Assembly (NCBI GenBank): GCA_051453625.1 | Contig: JBOZIK010000001.1 | Location: forward strand, 47,640,508-47,667,450 | Source: Welwitschia mirabilis | Taxonomy: Eukaryota | Direction of reading: 5' to 3' | Length of the DNA: 26,943 nucleotides | Part shown: positions 19,301 to 26,943 of the stretch, in pieces | Layout: each line of letters begins with the position of its first letter | Numbering within the stretch: position 1 is the stretch's first letter | Made by a program: the position numbers and the translations under genes | Notes under the pieces: model-generated | The model's database searches: none | What the model was told of the DNA's origin: nothing | The model's input: the letters and a program-made list of their open reading frames with translations, nothing else

Positions 19301-20588
19301 GCCTGCACTATTAATCATTTGCTGATTGTCTCTATAAAAATTATCATTAGCTCGGCCATGAGGAAACACATTGTAATTCTGCCTACAATGACAAGACTGT
19401 CTTGACAGGCAACAACTCGTGCAAGTTTCCAGGGAAATTGCTAGAATCTGATGTTTTAGAAGCATCTGAAAGATGTCAGAAAGACCATATTATTAAAAAT
19501 AAAGACTTATGTAGTTAATCAATATATTTGGATCAGAATATAATACATCTTTTGCAAAATGACAAGCATGCATAAAAGCAGAAATATTACTCAAACCTGT
19601 AGCCATAGTCCATCATAGACTGATTTGCATGAAAAACTTAATTCCTCAAGTTGCTTACGTGCATCCAACAAAACTTCAAAACTCATATGACAGTAAAGGA
19701 TCCCCCCACTTTCAAAAACACTAAGAAGTGCATCAACTTCTTCATTGCCATAATATTCAGTTTCTCTTAGACAAGCCTTTAATTCCTTTCTACTAACTAT
19801 TCGTCCTCCCCATGATGGTACATGATAACCACACCTTCCCCAGCCATCAGAAAAAACTCTTGTGGTTGAGGTAGATCTAGATGACGAGCTGTGAGGTGTT
19901 TGATCCTTGGAGGATTTATCCTTGCAATCATTGGAGCCAGCCTCTCCAAATGAACTGTTATTGCCTTTGGTTCCACTTGCCTCTAGCTCCCTTCTCAATC
20001 CAAGGTGATGGCAGCATAAATCTGCTTCCATTTCCGTCCTTGGCAAATGAAAGTTTTGACTTTTATGAGTATTTGTTGTTCCTGCTGAATAGGAATGTCT
20101 TCCTCCATTATCTCCATATGTTAAGGCTGATTCAAATCTTGCAGGACAATCACCATCTACCACAGAATCTGCAAGCTCAACAAGTACTTCATTAGCCATG
20201 TGATGATTTTCTGACCTCCTTTGTAAACAAGTGCCTTTTGAAACATCATGAGTTTCTGATATGTGTTCTGATTTCTCATTTAGAACTTCTTTTTGTTCAT
20301 ATCCGTTGTTTCCACAGATCATATCTGCCTTATGACAACATTCCCATGATGTCGAAGATGAGAGGTGTGAATGATTGGCTTCCAATAAACAACCTTTCGC
20401 AAGAAAGACGTTCAATGCAAGTTCAAATCTGCAGTAGGATCAAAAAAATTACTTTACAAATGTATTTCAGTTAATCAAATAGATAGAAACAAAATATTAT
20501 ACTGTAACCTTTTTTCTTCATTTGGCACCCAAAGTTCATCTGATGTCAGAAGAGCACATAAGGTCTGAGTTGAGAGTTTTGGAAGGAT
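970..20588 (-). CDS. BTB/POZ(-BACK) domain protein with C-terminal MATH-like domain; 5'-partial, spliced join(20509-20588,19597-20428,18771-19465,2130-2214,1678-1729,1523-1572,1235-1282,970-1146)
   Basis: Spliced by hand: 80+832+695+85+52+50+48+177 = 2019 nt = 672 aa + TGA, with every intron GT..AG and phases compatible. Motifs ILPKLSTQTLCALLTSDELWVPNEEKRFELAL (BACK-like), GGILYCHMSFE..L..RKQLEE, FPPFRFGMEF..FYAGSLWK..DEDPQGRRTLGLFLHRR and LLPKAPKGWGWRTALFFDDL match, from memory, a conserved uncharacterised plant BTB family. The BTB domain itself is upstream of the window, so the family call is inferred. Confidence 0.88.
1235..1282 (-). CDS. BTB-protein exon (VHLYVDRREKVTVRYQ)
   Basis: Acceptor ttctAG at 1284-1283, donor GTGAAA at 1234; 48 nt. 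Confidence 0.9.
1343..1442. other. Assembly gap (100 N, size probably unknown), inside an intron
   Basis: N run. Confidence 1.
1523..1572 (-). CDS. BTB-protein exon (GLFLHRRRAEYSDTQQK)
   Basis: Acceptor ttcAG at 1574-1573, donor GTAGGT at 1522; 50 nt. Confidence 0.9.
1678..1729 (-). CDS. BTB-protein exon (LSVQAFNDEDPQGRRTL/G)
   Basis: Acceptor gtcAG at 1731-1730, donor GTATGA at 1677; 52 nt. Confidence 0.9.
2130..2214 (-). CDS. BTB-protein exon (G/MEFEDVHRLGDGQAKHSPEIFYAGSLWK)
   Basis: Acceptor ttgtAG at 2216-2215, donor GTACGT at 2129; 85 nt. It completes the phase-2 Gly codon of the exon 16.5 kb upstream. Confidence 0.9.
2597..2737. repeat. Diverged direct repeat, period 104 bp
   Basis: TGGCATTTTCAGGATCACTTT.TGAATT at 2597 and 2701. 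Confidence 0.8.
3180..3415. mobile_element. Copia-type LTR-like fragment (insertion target of the LINE composite)
   Basis: An A-rich run is followed by TTTCATGTGGCTCGGCAACAACCTGCCTAAATCCATG, resembling the common Copia LTR motif TTTACGTGGTTCGGC..TGCCTACGTCCACG. A similar motif occurs at ~24627. Boundaries are approximate. Confidence 0.4.
3416..3431 (+). repeat. Target-site duplication, left copy (AGCCTAAAAGTGACTT)
   Basis: Identical 16-mer at 12662-12677; it abuts the T7 tail of LINE copy A, and the last T's are ambiguous with the tail. Confidence 0.9.
3432..4601 (-). mobile_element. L1-type LINE 3' end, copy A (zf-RVT end of ORF2, 3' UTR, poly(A)); runs into the gap
   Basis: Colinear with 7110-8371. 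It encodes KVNWFSLVWNKFALPKQSFITW and TACTYHVWQGRNAKLF, with the ORF2 stop at 3950-3948 and a T tract at 3430-3436. Confidence 0.92.
4602..4701. other. Assembly gap (100 N) hiding the LINE-A/Copia junction
   Basis: N run; a further 10-N gap lies at 5211-5220. Confidence 1.
4702..7109 (-). mobile_element. Ty1/Copia (Sirevirus/Maximus-like) pol, decayed: protease C-half, GAG-pre-integrase, integrase, RT
   Basis: IGKGMV..IEDVLYVDGLKHNLL; LHLDLVGP..YFMVVIDDFTR; TPQQNGVAERKN; YSQEEGIDYGETY..RLESIRLL..FQMDVKSAFLNG; SRPDIAFCIGICARYQSNPKESHL. The PR-IN-RT order is Copia-type, with many stops and frameshifts. No gag or LTR is attached. Confidence 0.93.
6002..6056. repeat. 21-bp direct duplication with 13-nt filler inside Copia pol
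   Basis: AACTTTATTAGATTCAGAGTT at 6002-6022 and 6036-6056. Confidence 0.9.
7683..11129 (-). pseudogene. LINE ORF2 (APE endonuclease, RT, zf-RVT), disrupted
   Basis: MKIATSNIRGLN, GDFN, KLDRALIN, SDHSP, KAPWPDGF, FRPITYCN, INHLCYADY (consensus FADD, catalytic Asp lost), KYLGVPL, LSYAGRL, HIFFEC. The terminal TAA (RID*) is shared with copy A. Multiple stops and frameshifts. Confidence 0.93.
11130..12561 (-). pseudogene. LINE ORF1 (DUF4283 + CCHC zinc knuckle), disrupted
   Basis: MDPAAND..LWADIV..GIFIFKFKS..GPWPFDNRPLILKPW..PIWVKLP..SYARLCVEI..CAHCVCFGHRTMQC; in-frame stops at ~12403, ~12073 and ~11885. The 3' end is approximate. Confidence 0.9.
12662..12677 (+). repeat. Target-site duplication, right copy (AGCCTAAAAGTGACTT)
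   Basis: Identical to 3416-3431; lies 100 nt upstream of the ORF1 ATG. Confidence 0.9.
16315..16368 (+). repeat. (GA)27 microsatellite
   Basis: Perfect dinucleotide run of 54 nt. Confidence 0.98.
17246..17400. repeat. Diverged direct repeat, 2 copies, period ~86 bp
   Basis: CAAAAAGGGAGGA..TTTCTTTGCT..GTCACC.TG.AAGCCAGT.AAA.TGGCA at ~17246 and ~17332. Confidence 0.85.
18771..19465 (-). CDS. BTB-protein exon (MLLKHQILAI...FPPFRFG)
   Basis: Acceptor ttcAG at 19467-19466, donor GTGAGT at 18770; 695 nt, ends in phase 2; coincides with ORF 18767..19465. Confidence 0.92.
19597..20428 (-). CDS. BTB-protein exon (RFELALNVFLAKG...VYDGLWLQ)
   Basis: Acceptor ctgcAG at 20430-20429, donor GTTTGA at 19596; 832 nt; coincides with ORF 19591..20415. 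Confidence 0.92.
20509..20588 (-). CDS. BTB-protein exon (ILPKLSTQTLCALLTSDELWVPNEEK/R)
   Basis: Acceptor catAG at 20590-20589, donor GTTACAG at 20508; 80 nt, ends in phase 2. Confidence 0.9.
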
Positions 20589-23322
20589 CTATGACAAAGT
20601 CCAAAATGAATGAACAGATTAATTTTGAAGGCTGAAAGCCACAACCAACAACTAAAACATATGATAAATTAAAGAAGAAATAGAATCTTTTGAGAAATAG
20701 TATTCCAGTAATTCTTTGAATTATCTGAATTATATGGCAAGGCCTGCACATTGATGTATTTATGGAAACTTTGACCATGATATTGATCCTTGCATATTGC
20801 TTAAAATTCATATATTTGTTTGATTATAAGTATTTATCTTTGTAGCTTTATTCACTAAGAAAAAATTCTATCATAAAGGAAAAATGAGGTGAAACAGCCA
20901 TGCTCTTCGTTGGAGGCACTTTGTATAATGTGTGTACAATAATCGGATGTGTTGGGTTAACTGTGAAACCAAATCTTGGGGCCAGTTTACATAGATCATA
21001 AAAGCAAATTTATATGATGCAGGGTTTAGAATGGGGTAAACTTAAGGCCATTGGGTCTAACAAGTTGGAGTCCCCACTATTGAATCCCAATGCTGCAATG
21101 AGATCTTCCCACATAACATATTACATGAAGTTTTTACATGTGTGAAACATACATTTGAAGTTGTCTTCCTTTTTCATGCAACCTGGGTCCATGGTATCCT
21201 TCAATTGGATGATTGTGTTTGGTTAATGTTCTTATTATATGTTAAGCATTGGGAACCCTTGTTTCACAAGATAATTATTCTTTTTGACAATTAGTCTAAA
21301 TTAACCTAAGTTAGATGAGACCACAAAAGCTGCAAAAACAAAATAACATGTTTTATGACATGAAGATCCAGTGTCTAATGAGAAGGTTTTCATTTTTTTG
21401 ATCAAATAATGAAGAAGAGTTCAATACAACATCCACTCTCTCCACCACAACCTGAGTCAAATCTCTAACTAGGAGGGCGTACCCACCACAGTTCAAGGTA
21501 TTTGGTTTCATGGTATGACAATAGCAAAATAGGCATCAGCCAAGGTTCAATTCTAGGAATGCCTAAACTAAACTAAAGATCCAGGATGCGGCATTTCTGC
21601 TTATGGTTGCAAAAATTCCAGTATCATATAAAAACCAAAACTTGAAGATTCAAAACATGAAGAGCCAAACCAAGACAAAAATTGGGTTCATTAAACAGAA
21701 GCATGACTAGGTTCTTCCAATGAAACTATGGAAGAGGATTGTGGAATTTTAATGGTGTGTTTCTAGATGAACTGGATGCTAGAAGGAAAGGTAGATCCAC
21801 CAAGAAAAATTATGAAGATAGGACAAGGCCAATTCTGAAACAATAAACATTTGAGAACAATAGAAGAAAAGCAGTGACCAAATAAAATGAAGTAGTAGTG
21901 ATTAAACAAAAAGAATAAAGAAGATTCCAATAAAAAATGAATAGTTGGAGTAACAAAGCACAAAAAACAGTGCTATTAACTTCTGCACTTAAAAAAAAAT
22001 TAAAAAAGTAACCACAAACTAAATTAGACAAAGTAGAACGAAAGAATCTATGAATCTAAAAATAAAGACATCAATAATCTCATAGCAATACAACTCTGAA
22101 GCAAAACCCAAAGGCAAGGTGAAAAAAAAAAACCATGCACTGAACATTGCTTTATTACAAAACTAGAAGGTATAAGCTGCTAGATACCACCTGAAGAAGC
22201 TAATAAAAGACACTAAAGAGAAGGAAAGATTCTCATCAACTGCCACTGAATGTCCAAGTACAAATCTTATGAAACTCTCAAAACCCATTTAATGGAACTA
22301 GCATATGAAACTAGTTGAAGAAAACAGTGAATAGAACTATGAAGTTCTTGGCATTCAAAACAAATCTAATGATCCAAGAAGTAAAAGTTCTTCAACTTAA
22401 GAAAACCTAAACATGATCAAACACCATCATGCCTCCAGACAAAATTATAGAGTATATGTAGAAATGGAAAAGGCTGTAAAAGCAGTAGATGCTAGAGATC
22501 ATGAAGGCAACAACCTTAATAAATTTATCTAACCAAAACTAACTAGAGGATATGGAACACATTTACAAAGGAGCAAATTGTCACAGATGAAGTAGGGGGA
22601 ATTCAGCCCCTGTGAGATCAACCCTATCTCGGGTTTAAACAGAAGGATGGTGACAGGATTGAAAGCTAATGATTTGGATTTCAGTTTGTTTAGTTTGCGA
22701 GGGCACCAAACTTAGGTTTTATGCCATTTGCACAACAGTAATGGAAAAAAGTGAACTAAACGCATACAAGTAAATGAATCTTAACAAGAGTTGCAATTGT
22801 TAGGAACAGACTGTAAAACAGGGTTACCGCTGAAACAACCGAAATGCCAGACTTCCAGAAATTTCGCGATTGTCTGGAAATGACAGCAGATTTTGGAACA
22901 TAGCAAGTAAAAGAGTCCCTTTATTACAATTTTTCTGTTATAGAGGGCCCATGCATGCCCAAAAATGTGCAGGATTCTCTTCAAAAAGATGGCATTTTGG
23001 TCTTAGGTGATTAGATATGAGAAATGTTGAGATTGGAGAAGGGATTGATTGTATTGAGGACCTGGAAAAGAAGTCCTCGTTATAGAATGAGGTAGAGGAC
23101 GTCGTAAAAGTGCTTGGGTAATACTCTATTGTAATAATGCTCTTGGACTGTGATTATTGGTAATTTTGATGAATAACCCTTGAATTAGGGTTTAGTTAGA
23201 TTAAAGACTAATTTAAGGTTTTTAACATGCCACGTGTCAAGTGGTTGGTCCTTTTTGGGGCTATGGTCTTGGTCTTTTCATTTTATTTTGTTATGTACAG
23301 ATTTTGTTTTTAGATACCATGT

Positions 23323-23423
23323 CCCAAAGATATCAAGCCCAAGGCAAATATCAAAACTGAGGGAGATATCTAACTTAAAGGGAGATATCAAGCCCAAAGG
23401 GAGATATCAAGCCCAACGGAGGA
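23323..23423. repeat. Degenerate minisatellite, ~18-19-bp unit (GGGAGATATCAAGCCCAA), ~5 copies
   Basis: GATATCAAGCCCAA occurs three times exactly, with two degenerate units between. Confidence 0.8.
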
Positions 23424-24239
23424 TTTGGATGGTATAATGAGATTTTTGAGGTTTGGTAGGATTCAAGGGATGGGAAAGGGATTTGTAGTTGTCAAGGCAT
23501 GACTTACAATACCACCTTTAATTGGGAACATCAAATTTTGATCTTACACTAGCCCTCACAAAACTAGTTCTAGACCAAACAATTGCTGTTTTTCAACCAA
23601 AATTAGTACAAGCACAAGATCAAACTGAACCAATCTCATTCTCTATAAATGAAATAAGGAAGTCAATTAAAAAAGGAATGACACAATGCATTATGAAAAT
23701 ATAGTGACACAACTTCTTTAGGAAAAACCCCCTAACATCAAATTTCAAACTATCCTAAAAAATCTCATCCTACTTTATACAAAGTTCATTCCACAATTAG
23801 AAGTTTTGTAAAGATTTTACTAATGATTCACTTCCCCCATGAATATTAAAGTCATCATGTTTCATGAACTAAGTCAAAAGACATAATAACATTAACAAAA
23901 TCGGTTGAAAGAGAGAGGTCAGTAATAATGGTGTAATACCCTGAACTTTGCTACCTCATTATAACCTGTTTACTGGTAATGACTGATAAAGGAAATGTCT
24001 AATTTGGATAGATTGATACAGCAATTTTTTTCTATGGTATTCGTCAATAAAAGTAACAAAATAATTTGCAACTCCTAAAGAAACAAGACTAATGGGACCA
24101 ACTATATCAGAGTGAATCATTTCTAGTTTTCTACACTTATTTCATTTGAAATTAACATGTGTACTTTTATAAATAGCAGAAATAGAACAAATCAAAAGAA
24201 ACAAAAGTAAATTTACGCAAGAGCTTTTTTAAATCATTC

Positions 24240-25680
24240 CAGGTTCACTAAGATGTCTTAGCATCTGATGGCATATCATCCCTTCATCTTCCTTTGCTAA
24301 ATAGCCATACCCACCATGAGGGACGATCTTCAGAATGCACATAGATACTTCGTTAGTGCCATGCAAAGGAGTCTAACCAGTCAATAGGAATGATTTTCTT
24401 TGCTAGTGCAAGTACATAGTGTACATCACAAGTTGTCCACAAATCCATCACTACTCCTCCAAACCAATTTCTCTATCCCTCTGGTTTCACATTATAATCA
24501 ACTCCCAAATAGATGTTGTTAGAAATTACCCAGAAAAAACAGATTCAACAAGCAGCAGAAAACAAAGTAAAGGTAAATATAATGAGAGAACAGCAAAGAA
24601 GAAGATCACCAGCAAAGACCAGAAATTACGTGGCTCAACCTATGGCCTCCGTCCATGGGAAAAGAAGCAGAAATTCTACTGTTGAAAAACTTGAGGAGTA
24701 CAATAATGGAGTGGAATCACTTAGAAATCAAGATCCCTAAAGATAGTCCACTTATTTAAAAACTACTACAATCCCTTTATAGACTATCGTGGCTGAACTA
24801 GTGGGTAGGTTACAACTCATAGCCTGTTGTTTTCAGTGATCTATTGTTTCATTTAAACCAACAACTTTTACAATTAACTCTACCTCACAATCACTCTTTC
24901 CAAGAAAGAAAAGACAGCTGAGAAGAGAACAGTTGTCCTAAATGCTGTTACCACAGGTTATTGAATTCAAGGCATGCTCAATAGATGTAATTGTCAGAGA
25001 GAGGTTCATAAGAAAAACATCTTCATAAAAAGACAAACATGGAAGGGAACACCAGAGTTGAAAATTCAGATATGAAGAACTGAATATTAGGAGACATTGA
25101 TGTCTTCATCATGGGGATCAACTACAACATCAGCCTCACTATTTAAAACATTATTCTGTCCAAACTAATCATGTTGTTTGCCTTCATAAATTTCTTTTCC
25201 CTTTCTTTTGTTCTTTAATGAGTTACAATCCTTATGTAAATTACCCTTTCTCTTGCAATACAAGTAAACAGCATCATTACATCCAATTGACTTGCCTCCA
25301 CTTGTACTCCTGCTACATCATTTGTCTCTAGCCTAAGACTGAATCCTACTGTGAGTCACAAGAGTCTCTCCAAAAGAGATCCTAAAAGCACCTACAAGGT
25401 TTTGCTTCACAACATCAATCAATGCAGATATCAAGTTATCTAGCTTAGTACTACTGTTTTCAATTAATATTAGACTCAAAATATTCAAACTACTCCAACT
25501 ACACAAGAAGGAAACAAGAATTGCAATAACATGCTATTAATCTAAAAATTGCAATCCCATATCATCTATCTACAAGAAGATATCTTGCATCTCACCCAAA
25601 TGTGTTAGAAAACGAGCCCCTTCCTCCTCTTTGTTGTGAAGGCCTAACTCAACATGAAAAATTTTTTCATTATTGACGGT
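24240..25680 (-). mobile_element. Highly decayed Copia (Tork/Tnt1-like) gag-protease-GAG-pre-integrase
   Basis: Knuckle remnant YCKRKGNLHKDC (~25230-25265); protease *IFNSGVPFHVC (~25035-25070; consensus WILDSGASFHVC); DVHYVLALAKKIIPIDWLDS (~24370-24430; consensus DVRYVPELKKNLISLG.LDS); CHQMLRHLSE (~24245-24275; consensus WHQRLGHLSE). Confidence 0.65.
24514..24863. mobile_element. Solo-LTR-like element (~350 bp) nested in the Copia remnant
   Basis: Begins TGTT and ends AACA; contains AATTACGTGGCTCAACCTATGGCCTCCGTCCATGGG (Copia LTR-type motif). No clear 5-bp TSD was found. Confidence 0.55.
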
Positions 25681-25769
25681 TGATCATATCTTTGTTTTAG
25701 CATTTCCCAAAGTTGATGTGTCATCTTCACTTTCACATGAACTTTTAAGATGTTATTATTCTCTAGATA

Positions 25770-26110
25770 TTAGCACTTGGTGGCAACCTTTCTACCCCAG
25801 TATGCATTCCATCAAGATCTTTCAAAAGTTCCAATCATCTGTGCACGTCAAACAATCAATTGTTTGGAATCACTCCATTCCTACAAAATGTTACACAACA
25901 ATAGATGTCTGAAAATGGTGACAAGGCTATGTGATCATGTGATACGAATGTTATTCACCCAAAACAATGGTTTAGATGTCAATTCTAAAGACTGTGTAGA
26001 CTACAGCCAACCAAAAATTTCAAAAATGCACACTCCACATACATGTGGGCTCGCTACACTCCATTTGCAACACTACCCTGCTCACTTCATTTCACTCTAT
26101 GACCTACCTT
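25770..26110 (+). mobile_element. Possible Ty3/gypsy RT-connection/RNase H remnant
   Basis: Weak frameshifted similarity to GLATFYRRFIKDFS and ALHHWQHYL..FILYSDH (TLHLQHYPAHFISLYD). Confidence 0.4.
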
Positions 26111-26344
26111 TGATATATTCAGTATGAGAACCTTCCCCACATGTTTTGCTTTGGCTTGCTCTCTTTACAAACTCCTTTTGGATTAACTGTTCAAACCATA
26201 GGATTCCACAACCCTATCCTCTAATATGATTACTTATGAAAAGCAAGCATGAAAAACAAGGAGGAAGCATCCTTACCAAATAAGCCAACTTAGAGAGTGT
26301 CACCCATAGAAATAGAGAGAAAGAGAAAGAGGGAGCAAGATCTA

Positions 26345-26790
26345 AACTTGCAACGCAAGTCTAAGAATTATTGGACGATGACAACTCAAGAAATATTGTC
26401 ACCATGTGCTGTTCAGTGGTTCACTCCATGAGAAGATAATTCAGAATTGAGAAGGTGCATAGATGCAAGGGCCATTCGTAAAATTAGTGAGAGACATTGG
26501 TTTCTTGTGTCAATTATGAAAAGTGAAGTTCAGGAATGGAAGGCAGCCTCAAAGACTTCAAATTGGTTATATCAATACTAAGTGATGTCATTTAGCCTCT
26601 CAAATGCCTCAAGTATTCTTGGGAGGATGATGAACAAGTTAGTAAAAAAAAAAATTTACTAAGTGGTTGTATATCTAGATGATATTCTAGTTTTTAGCAA
26701 ATCTCTTCATGAAGATATGGTACAGTTTGCAAAGGTATTAAGTAAGTTAAGACAAGAAAAATTATTTATCAATCGAGCTAATAGTTAATT
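26345..26790 (+). mobile_element. Decayed Ty3/gypsy reverse transcriptase fragment
   Basis: QV*ELLD, SPCAV, RRCIDARAI, EWKAASKT..LYQY*VMSFSLSNASS, VVVYLDDILVFSKS, LRQEKLFIN. Confidence 0.88.
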
Positions 26791-26943
26791 GGCTTGTGAA
26801 GAAATCCAAACCAATTTTAGCCACCCAATGAACAAGTGGGTCGGTTAACCTTCTAGATTGATATATCAAAATTGACAAAATTAGGAACCCCAGTAAAGGT
26901 TGATCAACCAACATTCTAGATCACTTGACTAGCATGCACTCTT

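Noticed and set aside
19881-20474. Plus-strand ORFs overlapping the large exon (also 1988..2359, 2111..2434, 18613..18822)
   Set aside because: These are antisense or off-frame shadows of real exons with no recognisable motifs.
21050-21560. Additional Copia gag/protease remnant
   Set aside because: Only vague knuckle-like and DSG-like matches; too weak to call by eye.
22852-22879. Small hairpin TTCCAGA..TCGCGA..TCTGGAA as a miRNA precursor
   Set aside because: The stem is far too short and there is no recognisable mature miRNA.
23228-23239. G-box/ABRE (GCCACGTGTC) as a promoter element
   Set aside because: It is a single motif deep in an intron, probably TE-derived, with no TSS evidence.

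Overview
Plant (angiosperm-type) nuclear genomic DNA with three assembly gaps (N at 1343-1442, 4602-4701, 5211-5220). One host gene runs across almost the whole window on the minus strand: the last 8 coding exons (20588->970) of a plant BTB/POZ-domain protein. All its introns are GT-AG and the phases splice into one stop-free frame of 672 aa; the N-terminal exons lie beyond 26943. The gene has a 16,556-bp intron (2215-18770) and a >6.3-kb intron (20589->end), both filled with retroelement debris. The most unusual structure is a 9.2-kb composite at 3432-12661: a full-length L1-type LINE, then a Sirevirus-like Copia pol, a gap, and a second, diverged LINE 3' end. A single 16-bp target-site duplication encloses the whole unit. 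Also present are a decayed Sirevirus gag with a (GA)27 expansion, a Tork-like Copia gag-protease split by an LTR-like piece, Ty3/gypsy RT remnants and several short duplications. I see no prokaryotic-type system and no demonstrably new protein-coding system. The leads are structural and regulatory, and the main one could still be an assembly artefact.
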